From Zancudomyces culisetae HAW-14-8 (taxonomy: Eukaryota; Fungi; Kickxellomycota), in contig JBNJNM010000008.1 of NCBI GenBank assembly GCA_052426225.1, positions 1,302,001 to 1,366,000 of the forward strand: a DNA stretch of 64,000 bases. Reading direction: 5' to 3'. The notes below the pieces were generated by a model. The model ran no database searches. It saw only the letters and a list, made by a program, of their open reading frames with translations, and was not told the DNA's origin. This document shows, one piece after another, positions 1 to 12,045 of the stretch. Within the stretch, counting starts at the first letter, position 1, and every line of letters starts with the position of its first letter. Made by a program: the position numbers and the translations under genes.

Positions 1-219
1 AAGATTCAGTAAAAATCTTTTTTATTTGTGATGATTTCAGTTCAGATATTATATTATCTAGTATAAACTTGGTTGTATATTTGGTAATGACCACTAGTAT
101 TGCTTGACAAAAATGATAATACATGTTGACGAAACGTAAAGTGTAAATAAATTTCAATAAATTAATATTACTTTAGTATAGCGGTTAAACCTGAATACCG
201 ACAATAGATGTTTATATTT

Positions 220-765
220 TGTGGAAATGTAAAATTAAGTGATTTACACTGTCAACTCGGAGTAACCTAGTGACCAACTAAAATGAAAAAAAACAACAGT
301 GTCAAGAGAGTTTAATCAATTTTCTAGTTAGAATAATTATTTTAGTTATACTTTATCCATATTTCGCCTACTTTTTGGTACTTTGGAACTTACTATATGT
401 GAAAATTAGTAGACAAAGCAATAGTTAAAGAGGGGGATTTTTTTAATCTTAAAGAGAATACATCATAATTAAAAACAGTAATAGAAAACTAAAAATATAC
501 ACAGAACCTGAATACGCCAATACTCACTAAAAAAAGGATTGTTAGCGGGGATAACCGTAGTTCTTAGTCGTTAAAACAATAACCAGTTTATTAGTTTTTA
601 CAAATTTAAAACACATCTGGATTAATTTTGCTTTTAAATAAAGGAATAATTTCTAACACTAAAGTCTACAATATAAATAAAAAAAAGCAAATGAGCTCTA
701 CATTTGATAGTTAGCCGAGATGCAACACAATAGTCCATGCCAAAGGGAAAACCAACAGCGCAACA
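220..765. mobile_element. LTR of a Ty3/Gypsy-type family (same family as the solo LTR at 34119-34694)
   Basis: TGTGG...CAACA termini. Both ends align in reverse complement with 34119-34694 (e.g. TGTGGAAATGTAAAATTAAGTGATTTACACTGTC; CCAAAGGGAAAACCAAC). No TSD is visible for this copy. Confidence 0.75.
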
Positions 766-886
766 GTATGAAATCTCTATATTTATTTGCTCAAGAGATA
801 ACTGCCATTATATCCTAGTAATATGATATTACCTACCACATACACAATATACTAATACCTGACATATAAACAACATTTAAAAATAG

Positions 887-1338
887 CCACCAACACTACA
901 AACAAACGCAAATACGAATCGATCTGGGAATCGTAATACAAATGCATTTGATTTATCAGGATTTGGAAACCTAAATTCCCGAAATACAAACAACACCAGT
1001 AGCTCTACTAGCAACAAAAACGCTGGAGCAAGTACCTCGGTATCAAAATTGAACTCTAATTCTCTGTTTCATCGACTAAAGCTTGACTCTGATTTAATAG
1101 ACAAATCACCTCTTCCTCAAGAACCAGAAAACTCTTGGGATACTGACCCATCAAAACGAGCAGATTTATTTACTAAACGCAAAGAGTTTATGGTTTTGCA
1201 GGCACGAAAGTAAGAAACTACATTTTAGTAGCGTTTTCTATTCAATATGAGTGTTTTTCAATGTTATTTTAACACGATATTTTTACAAATAGAAAATTCC
1301 TGGAAATACATAAACAGCTCGCTGAAAAGACACAATAG
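887..1338 (+). CDS. 3' exons (887-1209, 1293-1338) of a Cue1/Cue4-like CUE-domain ERAD factor (Ubc7-binding C-terminal helix); 5' part not found
   Basis: Spliced translation ...SLFHRLKLD...WDTDPSKRADLFTKRKEFMVLQARKKFLEIHKQLAEKTQ* resembles the U7BR/G2BR motif. GTAAG...TAG intron at 1210-1292. Upstream acceptor TAG at 884-886 with ACTAAT branch site. Confidence 0.7.
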
Positions 1339-2575
1339 ACTAGGATAACCTTTTATTAAAAATATGACATTAATGACTTGATATGTTTAAAATGTTTTGG
1401 GCATTCTTTTGATTTTTTTTTGGTGGCCTTCTGGTTATTTTGTAAAAGTTTGCCCTGATATTAATATATAACTTGTTAATAATATCCACCAGAAAACAGA
1501 CAGAAAAGCGCAGATTATGAGAAAAGTTTAGGGAAAGGTAGTGGTGCTACTTTTCTACCTGTAGTTGAGCTAGAAAGATTTATAATGTGTCTAACCATTT
1601 ATCTACCCTCCACCATTTGCTCGTGGTATCCTCGAAAGGCGGATAAAATTTATATTGTCTGCTTAGCCTCGCACTTATGAAGAGAAGTAGCCCAGCCATG
1701 TATATTTAGAAAAAAAGTCACATCCATTTAAAGCTTGGTTTTCATTTTTTAAACAACTTTCGAAGCAACATTTGCTGATCATATTATCAAGTTTTCTGGC
1801 TAGACTTATTTTTCTTCTATCTACATAAAAATGTATTTAATAAAAGTGACTTTGTAGGATGTAGTTCACCGACACCGATAATTACCGAGTAACTCGTACC
1901 TTAGCATTTTTACATTTGAATTTTGGATAAACACTAATCACACTACGCAACTGCAAAATCTAGATTCCCGAATTATTAACGCAGATCAAATTTGTATTTA
2001 CATAAACTGGAGATTCTAAACTCGATAGAAATTATTGAGCTGACATACTACCTAATAGGTTGACCTCCACATGGTTGACACAAATGTACAAGAGCCCTAT
2101 ATTTATATTCCGGGCTGACCTCTGAAAGTGAAAATGAGCTGAAGTCGGATCTGCTTTATTTTAAAAGTGTATGTTATTTTGCAAACGTTTTTATTTTGCT
2201 GATCTATTTTACTGTGAGTTAGAGCTAAGCTCGCTTCATGCAAATTACTCAAACTAATATTCAGCTGTGAATATAAAATTCGAGACTAGCACCCGAACAT
2301 CATTTTTAGCTTTTTGAGTATCACTTTTTAAACTAGGACATGTAGAATACTTTGTAGCTCAATTTGCCATTCTAGAAACTTGTAGGTATAATGCAATAAT
2401 AAGCTCGTTACAACATCCTACAAAGTGAAGTAATCTTTTGTATAAGGAGTCTATGTCATGAAAAATAAAAGTATAAAACAGGTTACAATTCCCTCCAAGT
2501 TGTAGAAAACATATCACAAGTAGAATAAACAATTCACTTATTAGACAAAAAAAAACCAAAGTTTAACCAAGCAAA

Positions 2576-2995
2576 ATGAAACTCTCCGTATTCAGCATGT
2601 TGTGTGTGAGCCTTGGTATGGCTAGTGCATACAGTGTCTCAGATTCAAATCAGGTTGCCGGAAATGAACAAGCAGACAATAGCCCCAACTGCCTTAAGGC
2701 TTGCCATTGTCGTCGTCGTGGACCAAGAATGAAGCTTCAGATTTTCAGCAAAACCTGGCACAAAGGGACAAGTCAAGTTAAGTATCTAGCATCTGGTCGC
2801 TGCTATGACATTCCAAGCACTGGAAGTGCCAAGTTTGATAATGGTAAACCAGGAAGAGGAAGAATCATGTTTTGTGCAAAGACAAACTGTTTAGGGCGCT
2901 GTTATATCGCAAGAAGAAGCACCCAATTTTATCCGGGTAATATCCCAGGAGTTGATCTTGGTGCTTACGGAAGATCAGTAAAATGGACTCGCTAA
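2576..2995 (+). CDS. Small secreted Cys-rich basic protein, possible beta/gamma-crystallin or killer-toxin-like fold; paralog of 52256-52810
   Basis: Signal peptide, short propeptide, RRR site. Motifs GRCYD...PGRGRIMFCAKTNCLGRC...SVKW are shared with the 52256 ORF. TATA-like TATAAAA at ~2472. Confidence 0.8.
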   Translation: MKLSVFSMLCVSLGMASAYSVSDSNQVAGNEQADNSPNCLKACHCRRRGPRMKLQIFSKTWHKGTSQVKYLASGRCYDIPSTGSAKFDNGKPGRGRIMFCAKTNCLGRCYIARRSTQFYPGNIPGVDLGAYGRSVKWTR

Positions 2996-3943
2996 TCGAT
3001 TTTCTTTAAAATTATTAGAATATATTTTTATAGATAGAGCATATAACTTTTCATTCTCTCCTTTGAACTGAATTTTCTCTAAAGATATGGCTGAATTATT
3101 TGCATGTTGCATTTAAAAATAAACTATTTTACAGCTAAAAGGTCAAATATACAGGCAGGCACTTTAAATTGTCTTTACACAATAGAGATTTTTTGCAATT
3201 CCTATTTTCCTAGTAAGTCGACCTAATTAAAGGTAATCTACATATATTGGGAATAAAGGATTGTAGTTTAATTATTTACTTGATCAAAGAAAGTGAACTA
3301 GAACGTATTAATTAGGATAAATAATAGTAAGTAGTTATAAAGCGAGTACATTTTAGACATTACTCAAATACCAACAGTTTTATTTCCATTCAGAGAATAA
3401 ATGTGATAATTTTGCTTTAGAATATAAACAGAAGAAAACTAATAAAGAGAAAAGAATATCAAAAATATAAATATGAAAAATTAAGACTTTAACGTAGACT
3501 GTCAAACACTAGCTCCAGTGGATTGCTAGCGCATCATACTTAGTAATTAATGTATCTTTTAAAACATTAAGTTTATCTAGCTATCAAAACAAGTTAATCT
3601 GTATACAAGTTGAAAACTTCAAAAGTCTAAAAATAAACTAGTATCGTTTAATTAAAAATCCAAATATGTTTATATCACGGGATGGGTGTTAGTTTACAAT
3701 GATCCACCTTGTTTCATATTATTGCGTTAAATATTCCTCATGCCAACGATATCTACAGTTATTATAAATCATTATCTCTTATCCTGATTACTATCAGGGC
3801 CCAACTCTAGTACTAAAATATCAACTTGAAGCTTGATTTTTATAATAAAATACTATTGAATAAAATTAGTTTTCGTAGTAAAGCTAAATAGCATCTAACA
3901 TTAGCCATTTATAAAAACATAAAAATACCAGTTTGATGATAAA

Positions 3944-6900
3944 TCATACAAATACTAACTGTGGGCCACGATCGGAGACAATGCTGTTGGGAAGTCCATG
4001 TAGTTTAAATACATGATCCATAAAACTAGAAGCAGTAACAGAAGCAGATGGTGTACTTTTGAGTGGAATGAAGTGAGCCATCTTTGTGAGGCAATCCACA
4101 ACAACCAGTACAACAGTGTTGCCCTGTGAACGTGGTAATTTCACAATGAAATCCATTGATACTGATTCCCAAGGACGATTGGGAGTATTCAATGGCATCA
4201 GAAGTCCTGATGGCTTAGTAGAGATGTGTTTGGCTCGATTGCAGGTATCGCAAGAGTCGATGTAGTCTTTAATTGTGGCCTTCATCTTTGGCCATCAGAA
4301 CTGACGTGAAACCAAGGACATGGTTTTAGCGTGACCAAAATGACCAGCTGGCAGTGAGTCATGACACATGGCAAGAACTTGAAGACGCAGTGATTCAGGA
4401 ACAAACATCCTATTGTTGTACACTAAGATATTATCAGAACAGGAGACTTTTGAGTTGTTTAGAAGTTCTTGATTTGAGAAATGATATCACTAGTCTGGCT
4501 GGTGTCAATAGATGCAATTACAAACTTGGGTTGCCAGATAGGTCTATCTTCATGATTCACCCCCTCTTTATGCTCATCCTTCCTAGATAGAGCATCTGCT
4601 TTACCGTTATGTGATCCTGTACAGTAAGTAAGCTCGATATCAAACCGGGTTAGGAACAGGGCCCATCTTGCTTGACGCTGATTTAGAATCTTGGCGGAGC
4701 GGAAATACTCAAGATTCTTGTGGTCGGTGATGACCAAAACCGGATGAGAGGCACTTTCTAGATGATGTCGCCACTGCTCGAGGGCACATTTGATGGCTAG
4801 AAGTTCCTTGTCATAGATGTGGTAGTTTCTTTCAGCAGAATTCAGCGTTCGGGAATAGAAAGCTACAGGATGAGTTTCACCATTGATTTTCTGAGATAAC
4901 ACAGCTCCTAGAGCAAAGTTGGATGCATCACATTCGAGGAGAAACTGAGTTTCTGGGTCAGGATGTGAGAGAACGGGAGCTGTGGTACATTGTTCCTTGA
5001 GATTTTCAAACACAGATTGTTGTGCTGAGCCCCAGATAAACTGGGCATTTTTCTTGAGTAGAGAAGTAATCGGAGTTACAATACGTGAGAAGTCTTGGAT
5101 AAAACGGCGATAGATGTTAACAAATCCAAGGAAGGATTGGATGTTCTTGACTGATTTTGGTGTATCCCAATCCAATATTGCAGATACTCGAGACGGATCC
5201 ATGACTAGGCCTGCAGGTGTGAGTATGAAGCCTAAAAACTCTACTCTTTCTTGGTCAAAATCACACTTTTCAAGTTTGGCGTAGAGTTTGTGAGTAATCA
5301 GTCTTTCTAAAACAGTACGAACATGGATAGTATGTTCTTCAGGTGTTGCAGAAAATACCAGAATGTCATCAAGGTATATGACAACATAGATGTCTAGGAT
5401 ATCACGAAAAACGTCATTGACAAATGATTGAAAGGTTCCAGAAGCATTAGCCAGGCCGAATGGCATAACTTTGTACTCAAACTGACCATACTGTGTTCTG
5501 AAAGCGGTTTTTTCCTCATCACCTTTTCTAATGCGTACCAGATTGTACGCGCCACGCAGATCAAGTTTGGTGAAGATTTTGGCAGATTGGACTCATTCCA
5601 GTAGCTCAGTTATCAACGGTAAAGGATACCGGTTACGTTTGACGACTTTTTTTAGAGCTCTGTAGTCCACAACTAGTCTTAAAGAGCCATCTTTTTTACC
5701 TGTGAAGAATACAGGGGCTCCAGCAGGTGATTTAGAGCGGACTATGAAACCTTTTGCAAGGTTTTCATCGATGTACTCTTTAAGCGCTGTTCGATCCTTT
5801 GGTGCAAGTGGATAAATTGGTCCATACGGTAAGGCGGCATTGGGTAACAGATCAATTGGGCAGTCGTAAGGGCGATGAGGAGGTAGAGTATCGGCCTTTT
5901 GTTTGTCAAAAGCTTGGCTGAGGTCTTGATATTTACTTGGAATAGTAGTAGTTAAGGAATCAGGAGGTAGTGAAATTGGTTTGGCTTGGTTTATCATGCC
6001 TATCAAATGATAAACAGAGTGTTTTAACTTTTTGATAGGCACCTTTTGTTGGAACTCAATATCACAAGAACGTTTGCGAATTGGTTCAACCGGATCAGCT
6101 GGTGGTGGAGTCATCGGGCGTAACTCTTCAAAAGTTTCCATATCAGCACTCTGAATACTATTTTCAGAGTCGGCACTTTGAATTGAGATGTCGCTGATTT
6201 CGGAACTTGGTGAATAGTACAGCACAGAATCCAACGAATACACTGATTCAAGTTCATAATCTAAATCTGTTTCATATTCTGGATAAGAAATTTTATCATC
6301 ATTTTCAGAATATTATGTGGATTCTTGATCCTGAACTGACTCAATGACTTCTTGGTTGTGTACTTGGTTATGATAATCCCGGTTAATATTTTCCTGGCTA
6401 TTGACATTATTTTCCTGGCTGAGGTTAGTCTCCTGGTTTAAATTTTCCTGGCTGTGGTTACTTTGGCAATGGATAGTCTGACTGTGGTTATCTTTAACAT
6501 GGTTTTCCTGGTTGTTAGTTTCCTGACTTTGGGTTTCTTGGCTGAGGTTATTCTGGCTTATTATTGCTGGTCCTGGTCCTGGTGCTTGTCTTGACATGAC
6601 TGAGGTATTAGTCTTGATAATCGTTGGATTGGATCTTTGAGTTGAGAACCTTTTGATGTTGTAGTGTTTTTGGCAATATGCATTATCAAAATGAATTAAT
6701 CTCTTCTTCCAATTGATAGTGGGTTCATGGAGTTCAAGCCACGGAAGTCCTAAAATCATGTCAACATGGTAGGAGTTTATGATTTCAAACGTGGCTACTT
6801 CTTGGTGAACTCCAATCTTGATTTTGAGCGGGACAGTTTGGTGTGTGATTGGACCGGCAGACATTGGAGTACCATCTACAAACTCCACAGGTATTGGAGT

Positions 6901-7170
6901 TGTTTTGGAAATGGATGGAATGGAATGGTTAGATACAAAACCTTGGTTTATGAACAAACCAGAAGCACCTGAATCTACCATGGCGACGATTTGCAGCTTT
7001 ACGGTACTTGGGAGTAGTAAAGAAACAGTGACAAGAAAACGATGGGGGTTGTAGACGTCTCGGATACTGCTGACTTGATGGACAAAGGACTTGATACGGG
7101 GGAAGTCTTTGGTTGGGATGGTTTGGTTCAGGATTGGCTATCCAGTTAAGCCTGAACCCGGTGGTTTCCC
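3944..7170 (-). pseudogene. pol (PR-linker-RT-RNase H-partial IN), -1 frame relative to gag, interrupted by in-frame stops
   Basis: ORF pieces 6313-6981, 5593-6243, 4459-5466 and 3944-4285 are in one frame. Single stop codons lie at ~7138, 6313, 5593, 4459 and ~4295. Confidence 0.9.
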
Positions 7171-7976
7171 TGCTTAGTTTTCTTAAGCTTTTCGGGACAG
7201 GTGGTAACTTGGTGGCCTTCTCCGCCGCAGTAATAGCAGAGTCCAAGTTTCATTCGACGTTCTCTCTCGGTTGGGGAGACGACACGCTGAACGGAATCCA
7301 CCTGCATAGGTTCTATCTGAGAACTGGTGGGCTGAACATAAGGCTGAATGCCTCTCTTTCTCCTGGCCTTGTCCTCCTTGCGCCTGGTTAACCTGGCATC
7401 AATGAGGATTGCAGCATTCATGTAACCTTCCAAATCATCAGGAGTTTGGAATAGCGCAAGGGTGTCGAGCACGGCTTCGCTCAGACCCTCGGCAAACTGG
7501 GATACGAGAACTGACTCGTTCCAGTCGAGATCCATCATTAGGCGACGGAACTCTGATGCATACATTGAGACAGGTGAGGTGCCCTGTTTCAATGCCCTGA
7601 TAGCATCATTGGCTGTTTGAGACCGTTGAGGATCATCAAACACCTTGGCGAACTCTTTCATAAAGAGTTCGTAATCCTGGAGCACAGGGCTACCCTTTTC
7701 AATGTAAGGGCTAGCCCAACGGAGCGCATTCCCTGTGAGGAGGGACATAACAAGACCAACCTTGTTGGTGGCATACGGGTAGTGGTCTGGGTGGGTAAAG
7801 AACAGTAGACGGCATTGGTTTACAAAACCACGGAAGTTGTTGCGATCTCCGTCATACCTTTCTGGCAAGGCTATGCGGGCAGCGGCTGGCTGGACTGGGA
7901 TTGGTACTGGTGCGGCCTGGGCGGACTTTTCTTGTTCTGCTGGCAGATCTGGTGGAGCAGATTGTTGGGATTTCAA
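7146..7976 (-). CDS. Gag (PEG10/Sushi-like capsid plus CCHC zinc knuckle)
   Basis: ALPERYDGDRNNFRGF, EPMQVD, CYYCGGEGHQVTTC. Confidence 0.92.
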   Translation of the reverse strand: MKSQQSAPPDLPAEQEKSAQAAPVPIPVQPAAARIALPERYDGDRNNFRGFVNQCRLLFFTHPDHYPYATNKVGLVMSLLTGNALRWASPYIEKGSPVLQDYELFMKEFAKVFDDPQRSQTANDAIRALKQGTSPVSMYASEFRRLMMDLDWNESVLVSQFAEGLSEAVLDTLALFQTPDDLEGYMNAAILIDARLTRRKEDKARRKRGIQPYVQPTSSQIEPMQVDSVQRVVSPTERERRMKLGLCYYCGGEGHQVTTCPEKLKKTKQGNHRVQA

Positions 7977-8066
7977 TCGCTCGTTTTTTTCTTTTACCTT
8001 TGATATTCGGCTAACAATTCACGGTATTTAGACTTAATAGTAGGTAGTGTAAGAGCAATAAAATAA

Positions 8067-8460
8067 TGTCACGACTTGACACTAAGTACTATATGTTTAC
8101 TTGGCAATGATTTATTTATTAAAATACTATGAGATGAAAAGTATTTTATTGCTAAAGTTTCCTAAAGCAATAAAATCCTTGTCCTTATATAGTTTTACAA
8201 TATACAAAATTATTTGTAAAACATTATTAAAACTATACTTAGACTATAACTTACAAACTAAATAATTACAACTGTCAATTCCACAGTTAACATTTTATAA
8301 TCTGGGGTAAAACCAAATTATTAAAAATTATTAATTCTTACTCCATAAATTAATAATTTATGGAGTAAGAATTAAAGCGGAGAAAACGTTAATAAATTTA
8401 ACATTTGCTATTTTTAATACCATATTAAATTAGCAATAATGTCATGAATGGATCATGACA
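8067..8460 (-). repeat. 5' LTR (394 bp) of the Tf1-like element
   Basis: TGTCA...TGACA termini, TATATAA on minus at 8185-8191, diverged solo copy at 29443-29845. Confidence 0.88.
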
Positions 8461-9764
8461 CATATATTTATTAATAATATATTCTTGGTTAAAATGAAAT
8501 TTATAATGCTTGTTAAAAGTTTTATATAATAAATAAAAAAAACTAAGATTAATTAATATAAACTAAATCAAAATGATTTAAAATTAATATATAAACTCGT
8601 TATGATTCAGTAGGAAAAAAACCCTATGGGAAAAACCCTGCTGAATCCCGTATACGACTAAATGTTGTAAGCTTAGTTCTACCCAAGCTAAATGATTGGT
8701 TAAATAGCATACAGCTTCTCAAACATCGAATAACCACCGTTATCTCGGGTGTTCGAGCAAGAAATCTGGAATTTCTTGGGTAATAAATTACCCAAATGTA
8801 GGAGAAATATTCAGTTTTAATTGTTTTATTTTAAGTTTTTACTATATAAAGTTCTAATATAATAGCTAGTCAGGTACTAGTATATTACTAGTAACCCCAC
8901 CACAAGTTTGGTGGTTTTATCTTTTTATTTTTAAAAGTTATTCATTAAATAAAATATAAATTAGCTCTAAAATACAATATTTTACTCTATAAAATTGAAA
9001 TTTGTGATTTGAGCAAAAACCTACCTAAAACCAAAAAAAAACATAGATAGTGAAGCGTAACACAATTTTCAAAGGGTATCAGAAAGGTATCAGAGTCTAA
9101 TTTTTGGACCAAAATTAATTGTTTTGCACACCAAATTTTAAGAGTTGGGCGTAATTTTACCCAGTTTTATCGCATTTATTGAAGTAATAAATACATAAAA
9201 CTAAATTAAATAAAAGCTATAAGGTAGAAACGACTGGTTAAAATAAAGTATAACTTTCTCCAGTAACGTTTCCCCTCTATTAGCAGAACTTTTTGTAGGT
9301 TTAGTTGCGGAAATTTCCTGAGAAATTTTCTGCAATCTAAAATTACAAAAATTGTCATATTAAAATGACAGACAATGGTAAATCTATATTTATGAAGAGT
9401 TACTGAATATCACTATTGTGTTATTTCCTATTATATGTTTTTTTCACACAATGGTGATCTACTCAATGTTTTTATTACTACTACTATACTTAGGTTTATA
9501 TATTCTTTAAGTATTTCATCTTTTTAATCCTTCAAAATAGCGAAAGAAAAGACATAAAAAGGTGTCTTTTCCACATATCGAGTTTATTATCCTTTTTCTT
9601 TTCGAAAATAACTACTATTATATTTTAATAAACAAACTTATAAACACTAATTGAAAATGGGTCCTACCGATTATAGGTAGTAAATTTAATCTACAATACT
9701 TACAAAATCGGTAAAGTCGGGTAAAACCGACAACAGAACAAAAAATTTTGACAATATTTGTTGT

Positions 9765-9826
9765 ATAATTACATGATTAACGTCCTACTGAGTAATATAA
9801 TTACCCAGTATTAATCACGACGGGAC
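9765..9826 (-). ncRNA. Candidate structured RNA motif, copy A
   Basis: GTCCCGTCGTG-[hairpin TACTGGGTAAT/ATTACTCAGTA]-GGACGTTAATCATG; homologous to 18014-18092 and 22089-22155. Confidence 0.5.
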
Positions 9827-9993
9827 TTTTATTATTATATATTAGGACTATAATTAATTAGGGAGAAAAAGACAATTTATTAATTAATTCAAAACTAGAC
9901 TATTTAATGCATAAAATAATGTTATTATAATTAACCATAAAATACAAGGAAAACGAATATATTATACCACTATATAACATGTTACAGGTGTCG

Positions 9994-10325
9994 CTAATGT
10001 GAAGTATCACTACTTCCATTAGCGCTACCATCACGTGTTATACCGGTTCTGGTACGATCACTGATGGTTGATGCACTTCTATTGCGTAATGCAATGTGCA
10101 TCGAGGGGTGCTCGGGTGAGCTAATACCCCTGTACAGTGTCGGTGAAATTGTACTCACCGACATTTCTTCCGGGCTCCTACGGATCTGGAGTTGACGGAC
10201 ACTTTCTGTCAACTCACCAAGGGTGCGGGGACTTAATACCCCTGCATCCTGATCCATGCTGCTGCCCCTGCGCATGCTGGTAGAAGTGTGTGACTCCCTC
10301 CTGGAGTTACATTCGGTTCCAATCC
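9994..10325 (-). CDS. Orphan Ser/Thr/Arg-rich coding exon (ORF-X), copy A
   Basis: Shares RGSSMDQD-G-LS-RTLGELTESVRQ-QIRRSPE-MSV-T-SPT-YR with 22786-23130. Preceded by an acceptor-like TTTTTAAACAG. Confidence 0.55.
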
Positions 10326-10482
10326 AACTGTTTAAAAACATTATTGCTAATATATCTTTTGGTTTATATTTGATTTTATTTAATTGTTTTATTATAATAT
10401 TCCGTATCGAGACATGGATGAGGTTTTCATATGTCATCCATACGTCTCCTTAAATATATCATTCTAATTTTAAACCACTATA

Positions 10483-12045
10483 CAGTGAGTTTCAAAAATG
10501 TCTCAAAATAATGAAATTAATTTTCAAAGTGTAATATCTCGCTCAATAATATCCAGAAAATATATGTTTTTTATATTTTAAAATGCACAAATGTTATATG
10601 TTTATTTATATAAACTGTAAATTAATTGGATAAAAATTCATTATGAAATTTTAATTTGAAAATTTTTTAATAATGAGACAATTTTGGGAATTTTTCAAAA
10701 AAAAAATTTTAACTAGTATAACTTTATGAATTCAAACTTTAAATTTTTATAACTTTAACATATTATAATATATAACAACATTATACTAATAAAAAGAATA
10801 ATTATTTAAAAAATGATATCTGAACAACGTAAACTGGATATTAAAAACACGTTACTTGAAGGCAGAAGCATTGACCAATCATTATAGATAATGGAGTTAG
10901 TAAAGCAACAATATACAGAATTAAAGCAGCAATGAATATCAATTTACCGGCTAATAAACGCGGTCGTCCAGCGAAGCTTTCACCCCAAAGCAAGCGAATA
11001 TGTACTAGGATGATATTATCTGGATAGTATCGATCTGCTACTTCGATACAAAAGAAATTAGAAATGGATAATGTTGTTAGTGCTAGTAAGTCTACATTAT
11101 ATAGAGCTTTTAATGAACTTAAAGCCGCTGAAAAAAAAAAAAACCTCCAAACCGAAACTGAGCCTTAAAAATATTGTACAAAGGTTGAGATTCGCAAAAT
11201 CTCATCGCCACTGGACTACTGATGATTGGAGACGAGTAATTTGGTCCGACGAAACTAAAATCAACCGATTTGGATCTGATGGAAATGAATGGACTTGGGT
11301 TCGTGATGGTGTGAGTCTACAGCCGCACAATATTAACCAGACCGTAAAACACGGTGGTGGATCATTAATGATTTGGGGATGAATCACAGCATTTGGAACT
11401 GGCTACAAGTGTCGAATAGAAGGAATGTTAAACAAGGAAGGTTATTTAAACATTTTAAAAGACGAGCTTAGCAATACAATAAAGTACTACAAGTTGGATC
11501 CCAAGTCAATAATATTTCAACATGACAATGATCCTAAACATACCGCAAAGTTAGTTACCAGCTGGCTTGAAAACCAGGAATATAATACATTGAACTGGCC
11601 ACCACAATCTCTAGACTTAAACCCAATCGAAACTATATGGGCAAACATCAAAAGACGCCTAAATAGATACAGTAACCTCCGTCCGGGATGATCGAATTAT
11701 GGGAGCGAATAGAAACGGAATGGAATTTAATTTCAGTGGAAACAATACTTGGTCTTATAGATAGTATGCCCTTAAGAGTTGAGGCAGTTATCAAGTCTAA
11801 AAAAAGGTGGACAGAATTTTAAAGTTTTTTTTTGAAAAATTCCCAAAATTGTCTCATTTTTAAAATTTTTTCAGTTTATAATTTTATAATGATTTTTTAA
11901 CCAATAATAATACTAATTATATGAATATTATTATACCAATTGTGCATTAATTATATAAAAAATATATAATTTCTGATTATTATTGAGCGAGATATTACAC
12001 TTTGAAAATTATTATCATATTTTGAGACATTTTTGAATTTCACTG
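10483..12045 (+). mobile_element. Tc1-family DNA transposon (DD34E) with long TIRs and a disrupted transposase (~10814-11821)
   Basis: TA|CAGTG...CACTG|TA, ~220 bp TIRs, WSDETK, QHDNDPKH, DLNPIE motifs, several stops and frameshifts. Confidence 0.93.

Larger units (their letters stand above)
3944..8460 (-). mobile_element. Tf1/sushi-like Ty3/Gypsy retrotransposon, 3'-truncated within integrase
   Basis: 5' LTR 8067-8460, gag 7146-7976 (PERYDG, CCHC knuckle), protease (VDSGA), RT (YLDD), RNase H (ECDAS), integrase (HHCC zinc finger, SMDF, SDRG). Confidence 0.95.

Noticed and set aside
3944-7170. Stops in pol all explicable by C>T/G>A (possible RIP)
   Set aside because: Stop codons commonly arise by such transitions, contexts are mixed, and a consensus alignment would be needed.
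9075-9097. GGTATCAGAG resembling a tRNA-iMet PBS (TGGTATCAGAGC)
   Set aside because: Lacks the leading T, and no clear adjacent TG...CA LTR or downstream gag is present.
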